DNA of 64,000 nucleotides, taken from assembly GCA_046598425.1 (NCBI GenBank), contig JBKJIN010000032.1, positions 5,178 to 69,177 of the forward strand, written 5' to 3'. Below, piece after piece: positions 27,902 to 36,945 of the stretch (position 1 is the first letter of the stretch; every line of letters begins with the position of its first letter). The translations under genes and the position numbers were made by a program. The notes beneath the pieces were generated by a model. It was not told where the DNA came from, searched no databases, and saw only the letters and a program-made list of their open reading frames with translations. The DNA comes from Marmoricola sp. GTDB lineage: Bacteria; Actinomycetota; Actinomycetes; Propionibacteriales; Nocardioidaceae.

Positions 27902-28632
27902 GTCCCCTACAGGGCCGGGTCGTCGCGATCGCCGGTGCCACCGGCGGGCTCGGCCCGCTCGTCGCCGCCGCGCTGGCCGACGCGGGCGCTACCGTGGCGC
28001 TGACCGACCGCGACGAGGGCGCCCTCGCCGAGCTTGTCGAAAGCCTCGGACTCCCAGCCGACCGGGTCGACGCCCGGGTTGTCGACCTCCTCGACGACGC
28101 CGCCGCGCACGCCTGGTGCGCGGCACTGGTCGAACGGTTCGGCTCGGTCTCCGGTCTCGCCCACCTGGTCGGCGGCTGGAAGGGCGGCGAGCCGCTGGAG
28201 ACCGCACCGCTGGCGGACTGGGACCTCCTGCACGACCTGCTGGTGAGGACCGTCCAGCACACCAGCCGGGCCTTCGGCGCCGCGCTGCGCGCCAGCGGGC
28301 ACGGACGCTTCATCCTGATCAGCAGCAAGCAGGCGCAGGCGCCGACGTACAAGAACGCCGCGTACTCCGCGGGCAAGGCAGCGGCTGAAGCCTGGACCCT
28401 GGCGCTGGCCGACGGATTCGCCAGTGGTGAGGACGCAGGACGGGCGACCGCGAACATCATCGTGGTGGACGCCATCGCTACCCCCGCCGCGCGCGAGGGC
28501 AAGGGCGACGACGCCATGCGTAACTTCACCGACGCCGAGGTCATCGCCGCCGCCGTCTGCGCGCTCTGCAGCGACAGTGCCAGCGCGATGAACGGCCAAC
28601 GAGTTCAACTGCACGGAGGAACCCGACGATGA
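27856..28632 (+). CDS. SDR family oxidoreductase
   Basis: IAGATGGLG, HLVGGW, YSAGK; ATGA-coupled to DUF6421. Confidence 0.88.
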   Translation: MSHSMSHSMSNGMNGGPLQGRVVAIAGATGGLGPLVAAALADAGATVALTDRDEGALAELVESLGLPADRVDARVVDLLDDAAAHAWCAALVERFGSVSGLAHLVGGWKGGEPLETAPLADWDLLHDLLVRTVQHTSRAFGAALRASGHGRFILISSKQAQAPTYKNAAYSAGKAAAEAWTLALADGFASGEDAGRATANIIVVDAIATPAAREGKGDDAMRNFTDAEVIAAAVCALCSDSASAMNGQRVQLHGGTRR

Positions 28633-29660
28633 CAGCGTTCGCCAGCGACAACTACGCCGGTGTGCACCCGGAGGTGCTGACGGCAATCAGCGCCGCGGAC
28701 GCCCTCGGCCACGTCGTCGCTTACGGCGATGACCCGGTCACCGCGCGCGCGGTCGCGAACGTCCGTGACCACCTCGGCGCCGAGGCACACGTCTACTTCG
28801 TCTGGGGCGGGACTGCGGCCAACATCCTCTGCCTGGAGTCCCTCGCGCCGGCCGCGCACCAGGCAGTGATCTGTGCCGAGACCGCGCACATCTACGTCGA
28901 CGAGGGTGGCGCGCCGGAGCGGATTCTCGGTCGCAAGCTGCTGCCGGTGGCGACCCCCGACGGCAAGCTCACCCCCGACCTGGTGGCGACCCGGGCGATC
29001 CGCTTCGGCGATGAGCACGCCGTCCAGCCGGCAGTCGTCTCGATCACCCAGTCCACCGAGCTCGGCACCCGGTACGAACCCGACGAGATCCGCGCCTTGG
29101 CCGACTTCGCCCACGATCGCGGCATGCTGCTGCACCTCGACGGAGCCCGGATCATGAACGCGACCGCAGCCCAGGGGATCAGCCTGCGCAAGGCCACCCG
29201 CGACCTCGGCGTCGACGCGCTCTCCCTCGGCGCGACCAAGAACGGAGCGCTCGGCGCCGAGGCGGTCGTGCTCTGGGAGGACCGGTTCGCGGACGGGTTC
29301 GCCTGGCGGCGGAAGTCCGCGATGCAGCTCTCCTCCAAGCACCGATACCTCGCGGCCCAGTTCGACGCGCTGCTGACCGACGACCTGTGGCAGCGGAACG
29401 CGTCCCATGCGAACGCAATGGCCCAGCGGCTCGCCGCTGGCGTCCGGGACCTGCCGGGGGTCAAGGTAACCCAGGAGACCCAGTCGAACGCGATCTTCGC
29501 GATCCTGCCGGCCGAGCTCCGGGAGGCCCTGTACGCCGATGGGTTCGTCTTCTACGTCTGGGACGAGCACACCGGCGAGGTGCGCTGGATGTGCTCGTGG
29601 GACACCACCGAAGCGGACGTGGACACCTTCGTCGCAGCCGTCGCCCGGTACGCCGGCTAG
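28629..29660 (+). CDS. ltaE: low-specificity L-threonine aldolase family PLP enzyme
   Basis: FASDNYAG, GTAAN, HLDGAR, GATKNG, RWMCSWDT. Confidence 0.9.
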   Translation: MTAFASDNYAGVHPEVLTAISAADALGHVVAYGDDPVTARAVANVRDHLGAEAHVYFVWGGTAANILCLESLAPAAHQAVICAETAHIYVDEGGAPERILGRKLLPVATPDGKLTPDLVATRAIRFGDEHAVQPAVVSITQSTELGTRYEPDEIRALADFAHDRGMLLHLDGARIMNATAAQGISLRKATRDLGVDALSLGATKNGALGAEAVVLWEDRFADGFAWRRKSAMQLSSKHRYLAAQFDALLTDDLWQRNASHANAMAQRLAAGVRDLPGVKVTQETQSNAIFAILPAELREALYADGFVFYVWDEHTGEVRWMCSWDTTEADVDTFVAAVARYAG

Positions 29661-29667
29661 CTCCCGG

Positions 29668-29905
29668 CTAGGACTTGGTGACCCCGGCGAGGTCCGGCAC
29701 GTTCGACATGACCTCGATCCGGATGTCGTCGCGGATCAGCATCGCGGAGCGGAACTTCCCGGACTGCTCCATCGTCGCGGCGACCTCATCCTCGTTGAAG
29801 TCGAGCGCGTAGAGCTGGGCGAAAGCCGAAGACGTCGGAGTAGAACCGCACCGAGCGCTCCAGATCGGAGACGCCGATGCCGATGTGCAAGAAGCCCTGG
29901 ATCAC
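29668..29905 (-). pseudogene. VOC/glyoxalase family pseudogene
   Basis: VIQGFLHIGIGVSDLERSVRFYSDVFGF, then an extra T (29822-29824); corrected frame reads AQLYALDFNEDEVAATMEQSGKFRSAMLIRDDIRIEVMSNVPDL…; only ~78 aa, second VOC half missing. Confidence 0.75.
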
Positions 29906-29910
29906 AGGAC

Positions 29911-30348
29911 CTACTCAGCGTCCTCGGTGCTGGTGGCGCACTCGTCGTCGGCGTACGTGTAGAGCTTCCTCACCTGGGAAATGTCGAGGCCACGGACCCA
30001 CTCGGCGTTCATGCCGGCGATCTCGGGCGGGACCTCGCCGTCGACCTCGAGCTTCGCGTCAGGGTTGCCGCCGCTCTTGGCGTAGGTGGCGTAGAGCTCG
30101 TCCCAGGTCTCGGTCATCTTCTCGGCAGTGCGGGAGAGATTGCTCGGCACGCCGTCGGGGACGGAGTCCGCGAAGCCCTTCAGGGCCGGACCGAACTCAC
30201 CGACCGTCCCCTTGTCCTCGACCTTGTAGAGCGCCTCGCGGGCCTCGCAGAAGGCCTGGTGCTCCTTGATCGCGTCGGAGCGCCCGCAGGCGCCCAGGGC
30301 AGCGGCGAGTGCGACGAGAGTCAGGGTCGTCGCAAGCTTTGAGTACAT
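29911..30348 (-). CDS. hypothetical lipoprotein
   Basis: Signal peptide with lipobox LGAC; GC3-biased codons. Confidence 0.75.
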   Translation of the reverse strand: MYSKLATTLTLVALAAALGACGRSDAIKEHQAFCEAREALYKVEDKGTVGEFGPALKGFADSVPDGVPSNLSRTAEKMTETWDELYATYAKSGGNPDAKLEVDGEVPPEIAGMNAEWVRGLDISQVRKLYTYADDECATSTEDAE

Positions 30349-30452
30349 CGATGTCCTGTCGTCCGCACGCGAAGCCCCACCGCCCGCATGCACACCTCCA
30401 CTCTAGGTCCGGGCCCCAGCCACCGGCGGCTGGCTCCCCCGGCGCGCCGCCG

Positions 30453-30908
30453 TCAGCCGAGGCCGCCCATGACCTGCTGCATGCCGCGGGTGGCGAGTTC
30501 GTCGGCGAGCTCGTTGTCCGCCACGCCTGCGTGACCCTTCACCCAGAACCACTCGACCTGATGGACCGAGCACGCGGCCTGGAGGCGTTGCCACAGGTCG
30601 ACGTTCTTCACCGGCTGCTTCGCCGAGGTCTTCCAGCCGTTCCGCTCCCAGGCCAGCACCCAGGTGGTGATGCCGTTCCGGACGTAGGTGCTGTCGGTGT
30701 AGAGGTGCACCACCGCGGACCGCTTCAACGCCTCGAGTGCCATGATCGGCGCGGTGAGCTCCATCCGGTTGTTGGTGGTCTCGCCCGGGTCACCACCGCA
30801 GAGCTCGAGGACATGCTCGCGCTGCCGCAGCACGGCTCCCCAACCCCCGGGACCGGGGTTCGGGGTGCAGCCACCGTCGGTGTGGATGATCACCGGGTCG
30901 TCAGTCAC
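30453..30908 (-). CDS. rnhA: ribonuclease HI
   Basis: [42 protein letters not shown]. Confidence 0.95.
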   Translation of the reverse strand: MTDDPVIIHTDGGCTPNPGPGGWGAVLRQREHVLELCGGDPGETTNNRMELTAPIMALEALKRSAVVHLYTDSTYVRNGITTWVLAWERNGWKTSAKQPVKNVDLWQRLQAACSVHQVEWFWVKGHAGVADNELADELATRGMQQVMGGLG

Positions 30909-30980
30909 GGGCGCCATCATGCCTTGCCACTGGGACCGGCGTCAGTCTGCGGTGTCTGGTCGACGACCCGGGCAGCCGAA

Positions 30981-31003
30981 GGCCCTGGGGAATCCCCAGG
31001 CCC
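30981..31003. terminator. GC-rich hairpin, possible terminator
   Basis: CCTGGGG-AAT-CCCCAGG stem downstream of the 31037 gene. Confidence 0.4.
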
Positions 31004-31036
31004 TACTCTCCCTCGAGTCCGTGGTCGATCAGCTGT

Positions 31037-31531
31037 TCAGCGCGCGGCCTCGGGCTTGGCCGGGTGCTCAGGCTTCGTGGGATGGTCCGGCTTCGCCGGG
31101 TGCTCGGGCTTCTTCGACGGACCGACCAGGTCGACGCAGTACGTCGCCACGTTCTCGGCCCCGCCTGCGGACTCGATCAACGCACCGAACGCGGGATTGA
31201 CCTTTTCCTTCTCGAAAGCCCTCGCGCCTGCCTGGAAGGCGCGACACAGCCCACGCATCGACGGCGTAGGCGAAGCTTCCGAGCCCGACTCTTCGGCATC
31301 GGTGTCTTCTGGGTCGCCCGGGCCCTCGGCTTCCCCGCTGGCAGCACGCTGGAGCCCCGGGTTGGTCTCAGCGGGAGCATCCGGCGCCCGGTCGGACCGG
31401 TTGTCGTGACCGGTGAACGGTACGTCGAGCGCGCCCTGAGCGGCGGCGAGCGCGAGGCTCCCGCCGGAGATGACCAGCCCCACAGCGACCACGGGAGCGG
31501 TGAGAACGGTGCGAAGTCGTCGAGCCATCAA
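31037..31531 (-). CDS. secreted/membrane-anchored hypothetical protein with KPEHPA repeats
   Basis: Hydrophobic N-terminus, GLCRAF…NPAFGALIESAGG…VATYC Cys pair, C-terminal 6-aa repeats. Confidence 0.7.
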   Translation of the reverse strand: MMARRLRTVLTAPVVAVGLVISGGSLALAAAQGALDVPFTGHDNRSDRAPDAPAETNPGLQRAASGEAEGPGDPEDTDAEESGSEASPTPSMRGLCRAFQAGARAFEKEKVNPAFGALIESAGGAENVATYCVDLVGPSKKPEHPAKPDHPTKPEHPAKPEAAR

Positions 31532-31689
31532 AGACCACCTTCAATCCTTGGGTACCGTGCCGACAGCAAAGTGACCCTTCCGGCAGGGTACCTCGCTGCG
31601 GACCGGATCGTCCTTGCTTCACTACTCAGCGCCAGGACCCCGAGGAACGTCACAGCCCAGTTTGGGTAGTGCGGTGCCTCGCGACGCCG

Positions 31690-33420
31690 TCAGGGGGTCA
31701 TCGAGTAGACCTCAGCCAGGTCGACGACCTGAGCCCAGAGCCGCTCCGCCAGCGCCTCGTCCACGGCGGGCTTGCGAACCGCCCTCAACGCCCATTCCTG
31801 CTGCGCCGGGGTGGACCCCGACTTGCCGTGCATGGCGATCGCGCCCGCCGAGAAATCGCGGACGAGCACACCGAAGATCGTGTCGACCACGTCCGGCTCC
31901 AGGTCCACGATCTCGGCCTGCTCCAGGATCAGCTGGCCGTAAACAATGAGCGTAAACAGCTCGCCGAGAGCAAGCAGGAAGTCAAGGTCCTTCTGCTGCT
32001 CCTCGTCGGGGGCCGCGGTCGAGAGGAGTTCGACGAACGCCTCCGCTTGTCCGGTGAACAGCGCGACGTTGGGGATCGAGGCCGCCGCCGCGTAGGCCTG
32101 GCGCCAGTCGTGGAAGCGCACCTTGCCCAACCCACGGGTCGGCCCCTGCCGGAACAGGAAATCGTCGTCGGCGGCGTCCTGCCGGGTCGGCACACCTGGC
32201 TTGTCCTCGGGGAGGAAGAGGTAGGCGGGCATGAACTTCAGCACCAGCGCGAGGTTGACCGCGACGGTTCCTTCCAGCCGGGGCAGGCAGGTAGTGTCGA
32301 ACTTCGCCACCCCGATGAAGTTGTCCTTCTCAAAACCCTTGGCGGCGACGATGTCGCCAAGCGCGATCATCACCCGTTCGCCCTCGGTGGTGACCTTCAT
32401 CTTGGTGACCGGGTTGAACAGCAAGTACCGCCGGTCGTCGGGCGAGGCCGTCCTGAAGTAGTCGACAGCGCGGTCGCTGAACAGCTTCATCGCGATCAGC
32501 CGCGCGTAGCTCTCGATGAACGACGCCTTGATGTGGGGCATGTCGGTGACGGGCTTGCCGTAGAGCACCCGGTGGTGCGCATGCCGGATCGACTCGTAGA
32601 AGCCGTGCGTGGTCAGGCCGATCGCACCGAAGCAGAGGTTGAACTTGCCGACGTTGACGGTGTTCAGGGCCGCACTGAAAGCCTCGTCGCCGGTGTGCAG
32701 GATGTCCTCGGCTGCGACCGGATAGTTCTCTAGGCGGAACTCGGAGACGTAGTTCTGGTTGGGCACGACGTTCTGGACGACCTGGTAGCCCGGCTGGGTG
32801 CTGTCGGCGTAGAAGAAGACGTACTGGTCCTGCCCCTCGACCCCGTCGATCCGGCCGAACACCGAGACCACCGTGGCGCAGTTGCCGTTGCCGATGTAGT
32901 ACTTCCCGCCGTTCGCGGTGTAGCCGCCGTTCCCGTCCGGGGTGAGCACCATGTCGGTGCTATAGATGTCGGCACCGTGGGCCTGCTCGGAAAGTCCGAA
33001 AGCAGCCACCCCGCCGGCATCCATCGCCGCCGCCGCGCGGGCCCGCGCCGGAGCGTTGTCCGATTGCCACACCGGACCCAGGCCGAGCGCGGTGACCTGC
33101 CACGGGTACCAGTAGGACAACCCGTAGAAGCCCAGCACCTCCGACATCGCGGCAACCCGCGCGGTGTCCCAACGCTTGTCCTTCTCGCCGCCGGCGTCCC
33201 GGGCCGGCGTCAGGCACGTGGCGAAGACCTTCTCCTTGGCGACGAAGTCCAAGAACTCGGCGTACCAGTGCTTGGAGTGGTAGTCCTCCAGCAACTGCGC
33301 CAGCCCACGGCCCTCGAGGTAGTCGATCGTGGCCCGCAGGATCCGGCGGGTCTCGTCGTCGTAGTGAGACGGGTCGTAGGTCTTCGGGTTGAGCAGCAGC
33401 GAGGCGGCCGAGGTGGGCAT
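31690..33420 (-). CDS. acyl-CoA dehydrogenase (FadE family)
   Basis: AFGLSEQAHGAD, GGKYYIGN, LPRLEGTVAVN. Confidence 0.92.
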   Translation of the reverse strand: MPTSAASLLLNPKTYDPSHYDDETRRILRATIDYLEGRGLAQLLEDYHSKHWYAEFLDFVAKEKVFATCLTPARDAGGEKDKRWDTARVAAMSEVLGFYGLSYWYPWQVTALGLGPVWQSDNAPARARAAAAMDAGGVAAFGLSEQAHGADIYSTDMVLTPDGNGGYTANGGKYYIGNGNCATVVSVFGRIDGVEGQDQYVFFYADSTQPGYQVVQNVVPNQNYVSEFRLENYPVAAEDILHTGDEAFSAALNTVNVGKFNLCFGAIGLTTHGFYESIRHAHHRVLYGKPVTDMPHIKASFIESYARLIAMKLFSDRAVDYFRTASPDDRRYLLFNPVTKMKVTTEGERVMIALGDIVAAKGFEKDNFIGVAKFDTTCLPRLEGTVAVNLALVLKFMPAYLFLPEDKPGVPTRQDAADDDFLFRQGPTRGLGKVRFHDWRQAYAAAASIPNVALFTGQAEAFVELLSTAAPDEEQQKDLDFLLALGELFTLIVYGQLILEQAEIVDLEPDVVDTIFGVLVRDFSAGAIAMHGKSGSTPAQQEWALRAVRKPAVDEALAERLWAQVVDLAEVYSMTP

Positions 33421-33622
33421 GCGGGCTCCCGGTGAGTCACGAATGGATACGTCCGCGACCCTACTCCGCCAGATCGGAATCAACATTGCCCATCGCCACC
33501 CATCGGTTGAACCGTGACCACCGACTGCACCGGCCAGATGCATAAGTTCGGCACTGTTCTGTCGAGGAACATTCGAGGAGGTTAGGAGTTGCCTCCCAGG
33601 ACCGCCGAACGAAGAAGGACAC

Positions 33623-34006
33623 ATGTCCGGTTACAACCTCACCATGCCCGCCCGCCACGAACCGGATCGCTGTCCAGGATTCCTGACAGACCTGATCCTG
33701 CGCTGCGCAGCTCGCGACGAACAAGCTCTGGGCTCCCTCTTCGACCATGTGTACCCACTGGTGAGCTCGATCGTCACGGACCGCTCCAGGACCAACGGCG
33801 ACGACGGTCTCGTCGTTGCCGTCTTCCGCCGCTTGTGGGAGCAAGCGTCGACCTACGATCCGAAAACCTCGCAAGCGGTGGAGTGGATGACCTCGCAGAC
33901 CCGAGCAGTTCTTGAGGAGAAGGTTCCCTTGGTGGCACCAGCGGAGTCTGGTCAGGTGGCATTGCCGGGAGAGCCGTGGGTCGACTCCGGATCGCTCAGT
34001 CGCTGA
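33623..34006 (+). CDS. ECF sigma factor region-2-only fragment (SigK-like)
   Basis: LILRCAARDEQALGSLFD…VFRRLWEQASTYDP…WM; no region 4; AAGGA RBS. Confidence 0.55.
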   Translation: MSGYNLTMPARHEPDRCPGFLTDLILRCAARDEQALGSLFDHVYPLVSSIVTDRSRTNGDDGLVVAVFRRLWEQASTYDPKTSQAVEWMTSQTRAVLEEKVPLVAPAESGQVALPGEPWVDSGSLSR

Positions 34007-34883
34007 GCGCGGCTAGCAGCGCTCGGGAAGCTCCCGCGATGGTTTCGCCCAGGTAGGTGCCCGGTACGTGCTTGCGCGAAGGCTCGAACATGAAGGCATT
34101 TCCGGCGTAGAAGGTCGGACAGCCCGTGTTGTCGGCAGCGCACAGCGATTCGACAGTGGTTCGTCGGGAGGTGGAAAGATGCGAGACGATGACCACTGCG
34201 GCTGGCGATGTAGCCGCGATAGCGGCAGTGAGGACACGTAGCGGCGTTCGCGATCCTAGGACTCTGCACCCGACCCCTTGTTGTACGAGATGGGCAGCCA
34301 AGCACTCGAGCCCTAGCGTGTGAAAGTCACGTGGTCCCACCGCAAGCAGGACCCAGCGCTCGGACTCCGGTGGAGGTGCGAGCGTGATCATCTTTGCCAA
34401 CCAGCCGCGTACGACTTCGGTGGTGAAGTGCTCTTGGTCGACGTCGCAGAATCCAGTCTCCCACCACGAGCCGACCTGGCGCATTGAGGGAAGCAGCACC
34501 TCATCGATCGTGCTCCCCAGACCGAGTTCGATGCGCGCCTGCTCGAGAAGGCCGATGATCGCGGCGGAGTTCATCGCAGTACAAGCGGCCAGGACCGCGT
34601 CGACTCGCTCGCGGGCAGGGTTGGACTCTTCCAGTAGTCCTCGCACCCACCGGGCAGAGTCGGCCGCCGGCCGCCCGATGGCGATCTCGTCGCGCATCAG
34701 GCGCAGTTGATTGAGTGCCTCGAAGGTGTAGCGACGATGCCCACCCGCGCTTCGCGCAGTGGTGGGAAGGCCATAACGGCGCTCCCAAGAACGCAGGGTC
34801 GGCGCCGGGACGCGCAGCAGTTCGCCAGCTTCCTTGATCGCAAGACCTGGACTCGTCTGCGGCTTGTCCATCTGGCCTGCCAT
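33996..34883 (-). CDS. MerR-family regulator with cobalamin-binding domain (CarH/LitR-like)
   Basis: TLRSWERRYGLP…GGHRRY HTH; W-x9-EH; DFHTLG B12 motif. Confidence 0.85.
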   Translation of the reverse strand: MAGQMDKPQTSPGLAIKEAGELLRVPAPTLRSWERRYGLPTTARSAGGHRRYTFEALNQLRLMRDEIAIGRPAADSARWVRGLLEESNPARERVDAVLAACTAMNSAAIIGLLEQARIELGLGSTIDEVLLPSMRQVGSWWETGFCDVDQEHFTTEVVRGWLAKMITLAPPPESERWVLLAVGPRDFHTLGLECLAAHLVQQGVGCRVLGSRTPLRVLTAAIAATSPAAVVIVSHLSTSRRTTVESLCAADNTGCPTFYAGNAFMFEPSRKHVPGTYLGETIAGASRALLAALSD

Positions 34884-35084
34884 GGTCCGCCTTCGTTCTG
34901 CCGGCGTGTCTGGATCAGGGACAACCTATCTCCAACAAGCGGGTGCTAGGTGCTCACTCGCTGGCCGATGTAGCTCGGTGGTGTGATCGCTGAACACAAC
35001 CCGTCACCTGCAATGTTCGTGTTCGAGCAGGATCGCCCGCTTTGTGAAGCGGTCCTGACGTGGCTTGTCGAGTTGATGCGTGAT

Positions 35085-35125
35085 TCACACGTTGAAGCGG
35101 AACTCCACCGAGTCCCGTCACCGAC
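35085..35125 (-). repeat. displaced copy of the ychF 3' end (att-like direct repeat)
   Basis: Minus strand GTG GAG TTC CGC TTC AAC GTG TGA = VEFRFNV*; 17 bp (35093-35109) identical to 36954-36970. Confidence 0.85.
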
Positions 35126-35130
35126 CAACC

Positions 35131-35499
35131 TCAGCCGATGCGCCACTTGCTCAGCAGGGTCGCCGCCTCGGCGTGCGCAACCTGGCCGGCTGCGACGCCG
35201 ACCACCAAGTCGTAGGCTTCGTCGTCGGGCGCATCGAGATCGACCTGGTTGAGTCCGTAGAAGACCACGAGCGCGAGCCACCCCAGGCGCTTGTTGCCGT
35301 CGACCAGTGGGTGGTTACAGACAATCGACTCCAGCAGCACCGCCGCCTTCGAGTCGATCGACTGGTAGGCGTCATGGCCGTAAAGCGAGGTCGTCGGGCG
35401 ATGCGCCGCCGAGTCGAGGAGTCCGAGATCGCTCACCGGCCCAACTCCGAGATCCGAGATGAGGTGCAGGAGATCTTCGAGGCCGAGGTAGACGGTCAA
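35131..35499 (-). CDS. Fic/Doc (death-on-curing) family toxin
   Basis: GLLDSAAHRP, NHPLVDGNKRLG Fic motif. Confidence 0.92.
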   Translation of the reverse strand: MTVYLGLEDLLHLISDLGVGPVSDLGLLDSAAHRPTTSLYGHDAYQSIDSKAAVLLESIVCNHPLVDGNKRLGWLALVVFYGLNQVDLDAPDDEAYDLVVGVAAGQVAHAEAATLLSKWRIG

Positions 35500-35699
35500 C
35501 GGCCGAGGCGGTCAAGCAGATCGCCGTATCGCGTGCGCGCCGTCTCCGACAACGCTTGAACTCGCTCGTCGTGTACCCGCCTGGCGGCAACCTCGGTGAT
35601 CGCGCGAACGGCGGCCTCCTGCTTGCTGACCCCCTCCGCGCGCGCCAACAACTCGAGCGCCCGGTCCTGCTCGTCGTTGAGTCGTAGCGTCATGGCCAT
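35496..35699 (-). CDS. ribbon-helix-helix antitoxin
   Basis: MAMTLRLNDEQ…LARAEGVSKQEAAVRAI…YGDLLDRL; overlaps the toxin start. Confidence 0.88.
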   Translation of the reverse strand: MAMTLRLNDEQDRALELLARAEGVSKQEAAVRAITEVAARRVHDERVQALSETARTRYGDLLDRLGR

Positions 35700-35707
35700 A
35701 TGGTGAT

Positions 35708-35724
35708 GGTATCAAAGCGATACC
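35708..35724. promoter_or_regulatory. TA autoregulatory operator overlapping -10 (TACCAT) of a leaderless transcript
   Basis: GGTATC-AAAGC-GATACC palindrome. Confidence 0.65.
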
Positions 35725-35732
35725 GCACATCA

Positions 35733-35745
35733 ACGTTGAAGCGGA
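35733..35745 (-). repeat. partial internal copy of the ychF 3' end
   Basis: ACGTTGAAGCGGA identical to 35089-35101. Confidence 0.6.
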
Positions 35746-35846
35746 CCGCGCTGCCGCACTAGCCGATCTGTGCCTGAATCTCACGGATCGTCGCGCCTGA
35801 ACCGGAGCTCACGGACCCGACTGACCGCGAATCGAGGAAGCTGGTT

Positions 35847-36662
35847 CTAAGCGTTGTAGATGATCGCGTAGAGAGATTCGTCCTCATAGCAACCACCAGT
35901 AAAACCAGTGACGAAGCGTCGCCCCGAAGCCATGCGTTCGATGTAGAACGCCCAACTCTCCTTGCCCCAGAAATTCACGTGTCCAATAAACGTGTTTCCG
36001 TCGGGACTTCCGATCGCAGGAGTGAAGTCCTTGGCGCAGTTCGGGACCGTTACCACCAGAGCCCCCTTAGGTGCCACAAGGCTGAGAAGCGCCGGAATCG
36101 AGGTCTCGGTGTCGAGGATGTGCTCCAGTGACTCACAGCAGATGACGACGTCATAGGTCTCTGTGGAGGACTTGAGGCCCTCGATGTCGCCCTGAACGAT
36201 GGTCGCGCCCGGTGCGAGCCCTTGGGAAAGCCGTGCGAGTTCCTCGAAGTAGTCGGTGCCGTGGACAGATCCATCGCCGACCTCGCCGGTCAGCAACCGG
36301 CAGAGGTAGCCGGCTCCAGTACCGACCTCTAGCACGCGCCGACCATCAAAGGTCACGCCCTCCGCTTGGCACATCTCGATGAACTTGTGATACGAGTTGA
36401 TCCGCGACGGGACCAGGTAGCCTCGCACTGCCTTTGGTGAGGGAAAGAAGGGGCTGTCCCGCTCATTGAGACCAAGGCTCTCGAGGTCTCGGTCCAGTTG
36501 CTCGATTTCGTCCTTGGTGTAGAGCACCGACGTCACCCGGTTGGCAGGTCCAACAGGTACGATCCAGTAGCCGGTGCGCTCGATCTGGGCGCGCGTAGCA
36601 TCCCTCAACTTGGCGAGGATGCCCACTCGCCGCGTAAGCGACTTAGAACCTGCACTTGCCAT
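35847..36662 (-). CDS. class I SAM-dependent methyltransferase
   Basis: VLEVGTGAG, YDVVICCESLEHI, LVVTVPN, HVNFW; atypical codon usage. Confidence 0.85.
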   Translation of the reverse strand: MASAGSKSLTRRVGILAKLRDATRAQIERTGYWIVPVGPANRVTSVLYTKDEIEQLDRDLESLGLNERDSPFFPSPKAVRGYLVPSRINSYHKFIEMCQAEGVTFDGRRVLEVGTGAGYLCRLLTGEVGDGSVHGTDYFEELARLSQGLAPGATIVQGDIEGLKSSTETYDVVICCESLEHILDTETSIPALLSLVAPKGALVVTVPNCAKDFTPAIGSPDGNTFIGHVNFWGKESWAFYIERMASGRRFVTGFTGGCYEDESLYAIIYNA

Positions 36663-36945
36663 GCGATATCGCTCCTCGGTCTAGGGGTCGCGAACCAATC
36701 ACCCAAATGGCAGCAGATACGCGCTTTCCGCCCGAGAAACCTCACACCCCACGTTGATAATTCTTCGCGAGCGTAACTCAGGTCGTCCTAGGTGTGTCGG
36801 TATTCACGACGTCGGTTCCTGGGAGACCTGCCCCTGAAGTTTCCTTGGCCGGTCGCACAAAGTGCATCCCGGCGTTTCCGGCCAGCACAGGCACCAGAAC
36901 CGACGGGCCGCAGCTTGCGGGCCTAGCCGCGATTGGCAGACATCA

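Noticed and set aside
30921-31690. Further ychF 3'-end copies delimiting the fadE, secreted protein and rnhA genes
   Set aside because: No match beyond chance level seen in these intergenic regions
34884-34960. CarH-type 11-bp direct-repeat operator
   Set aside because: TTGT motifs are 14 nt apart; no convincing tandem repeat
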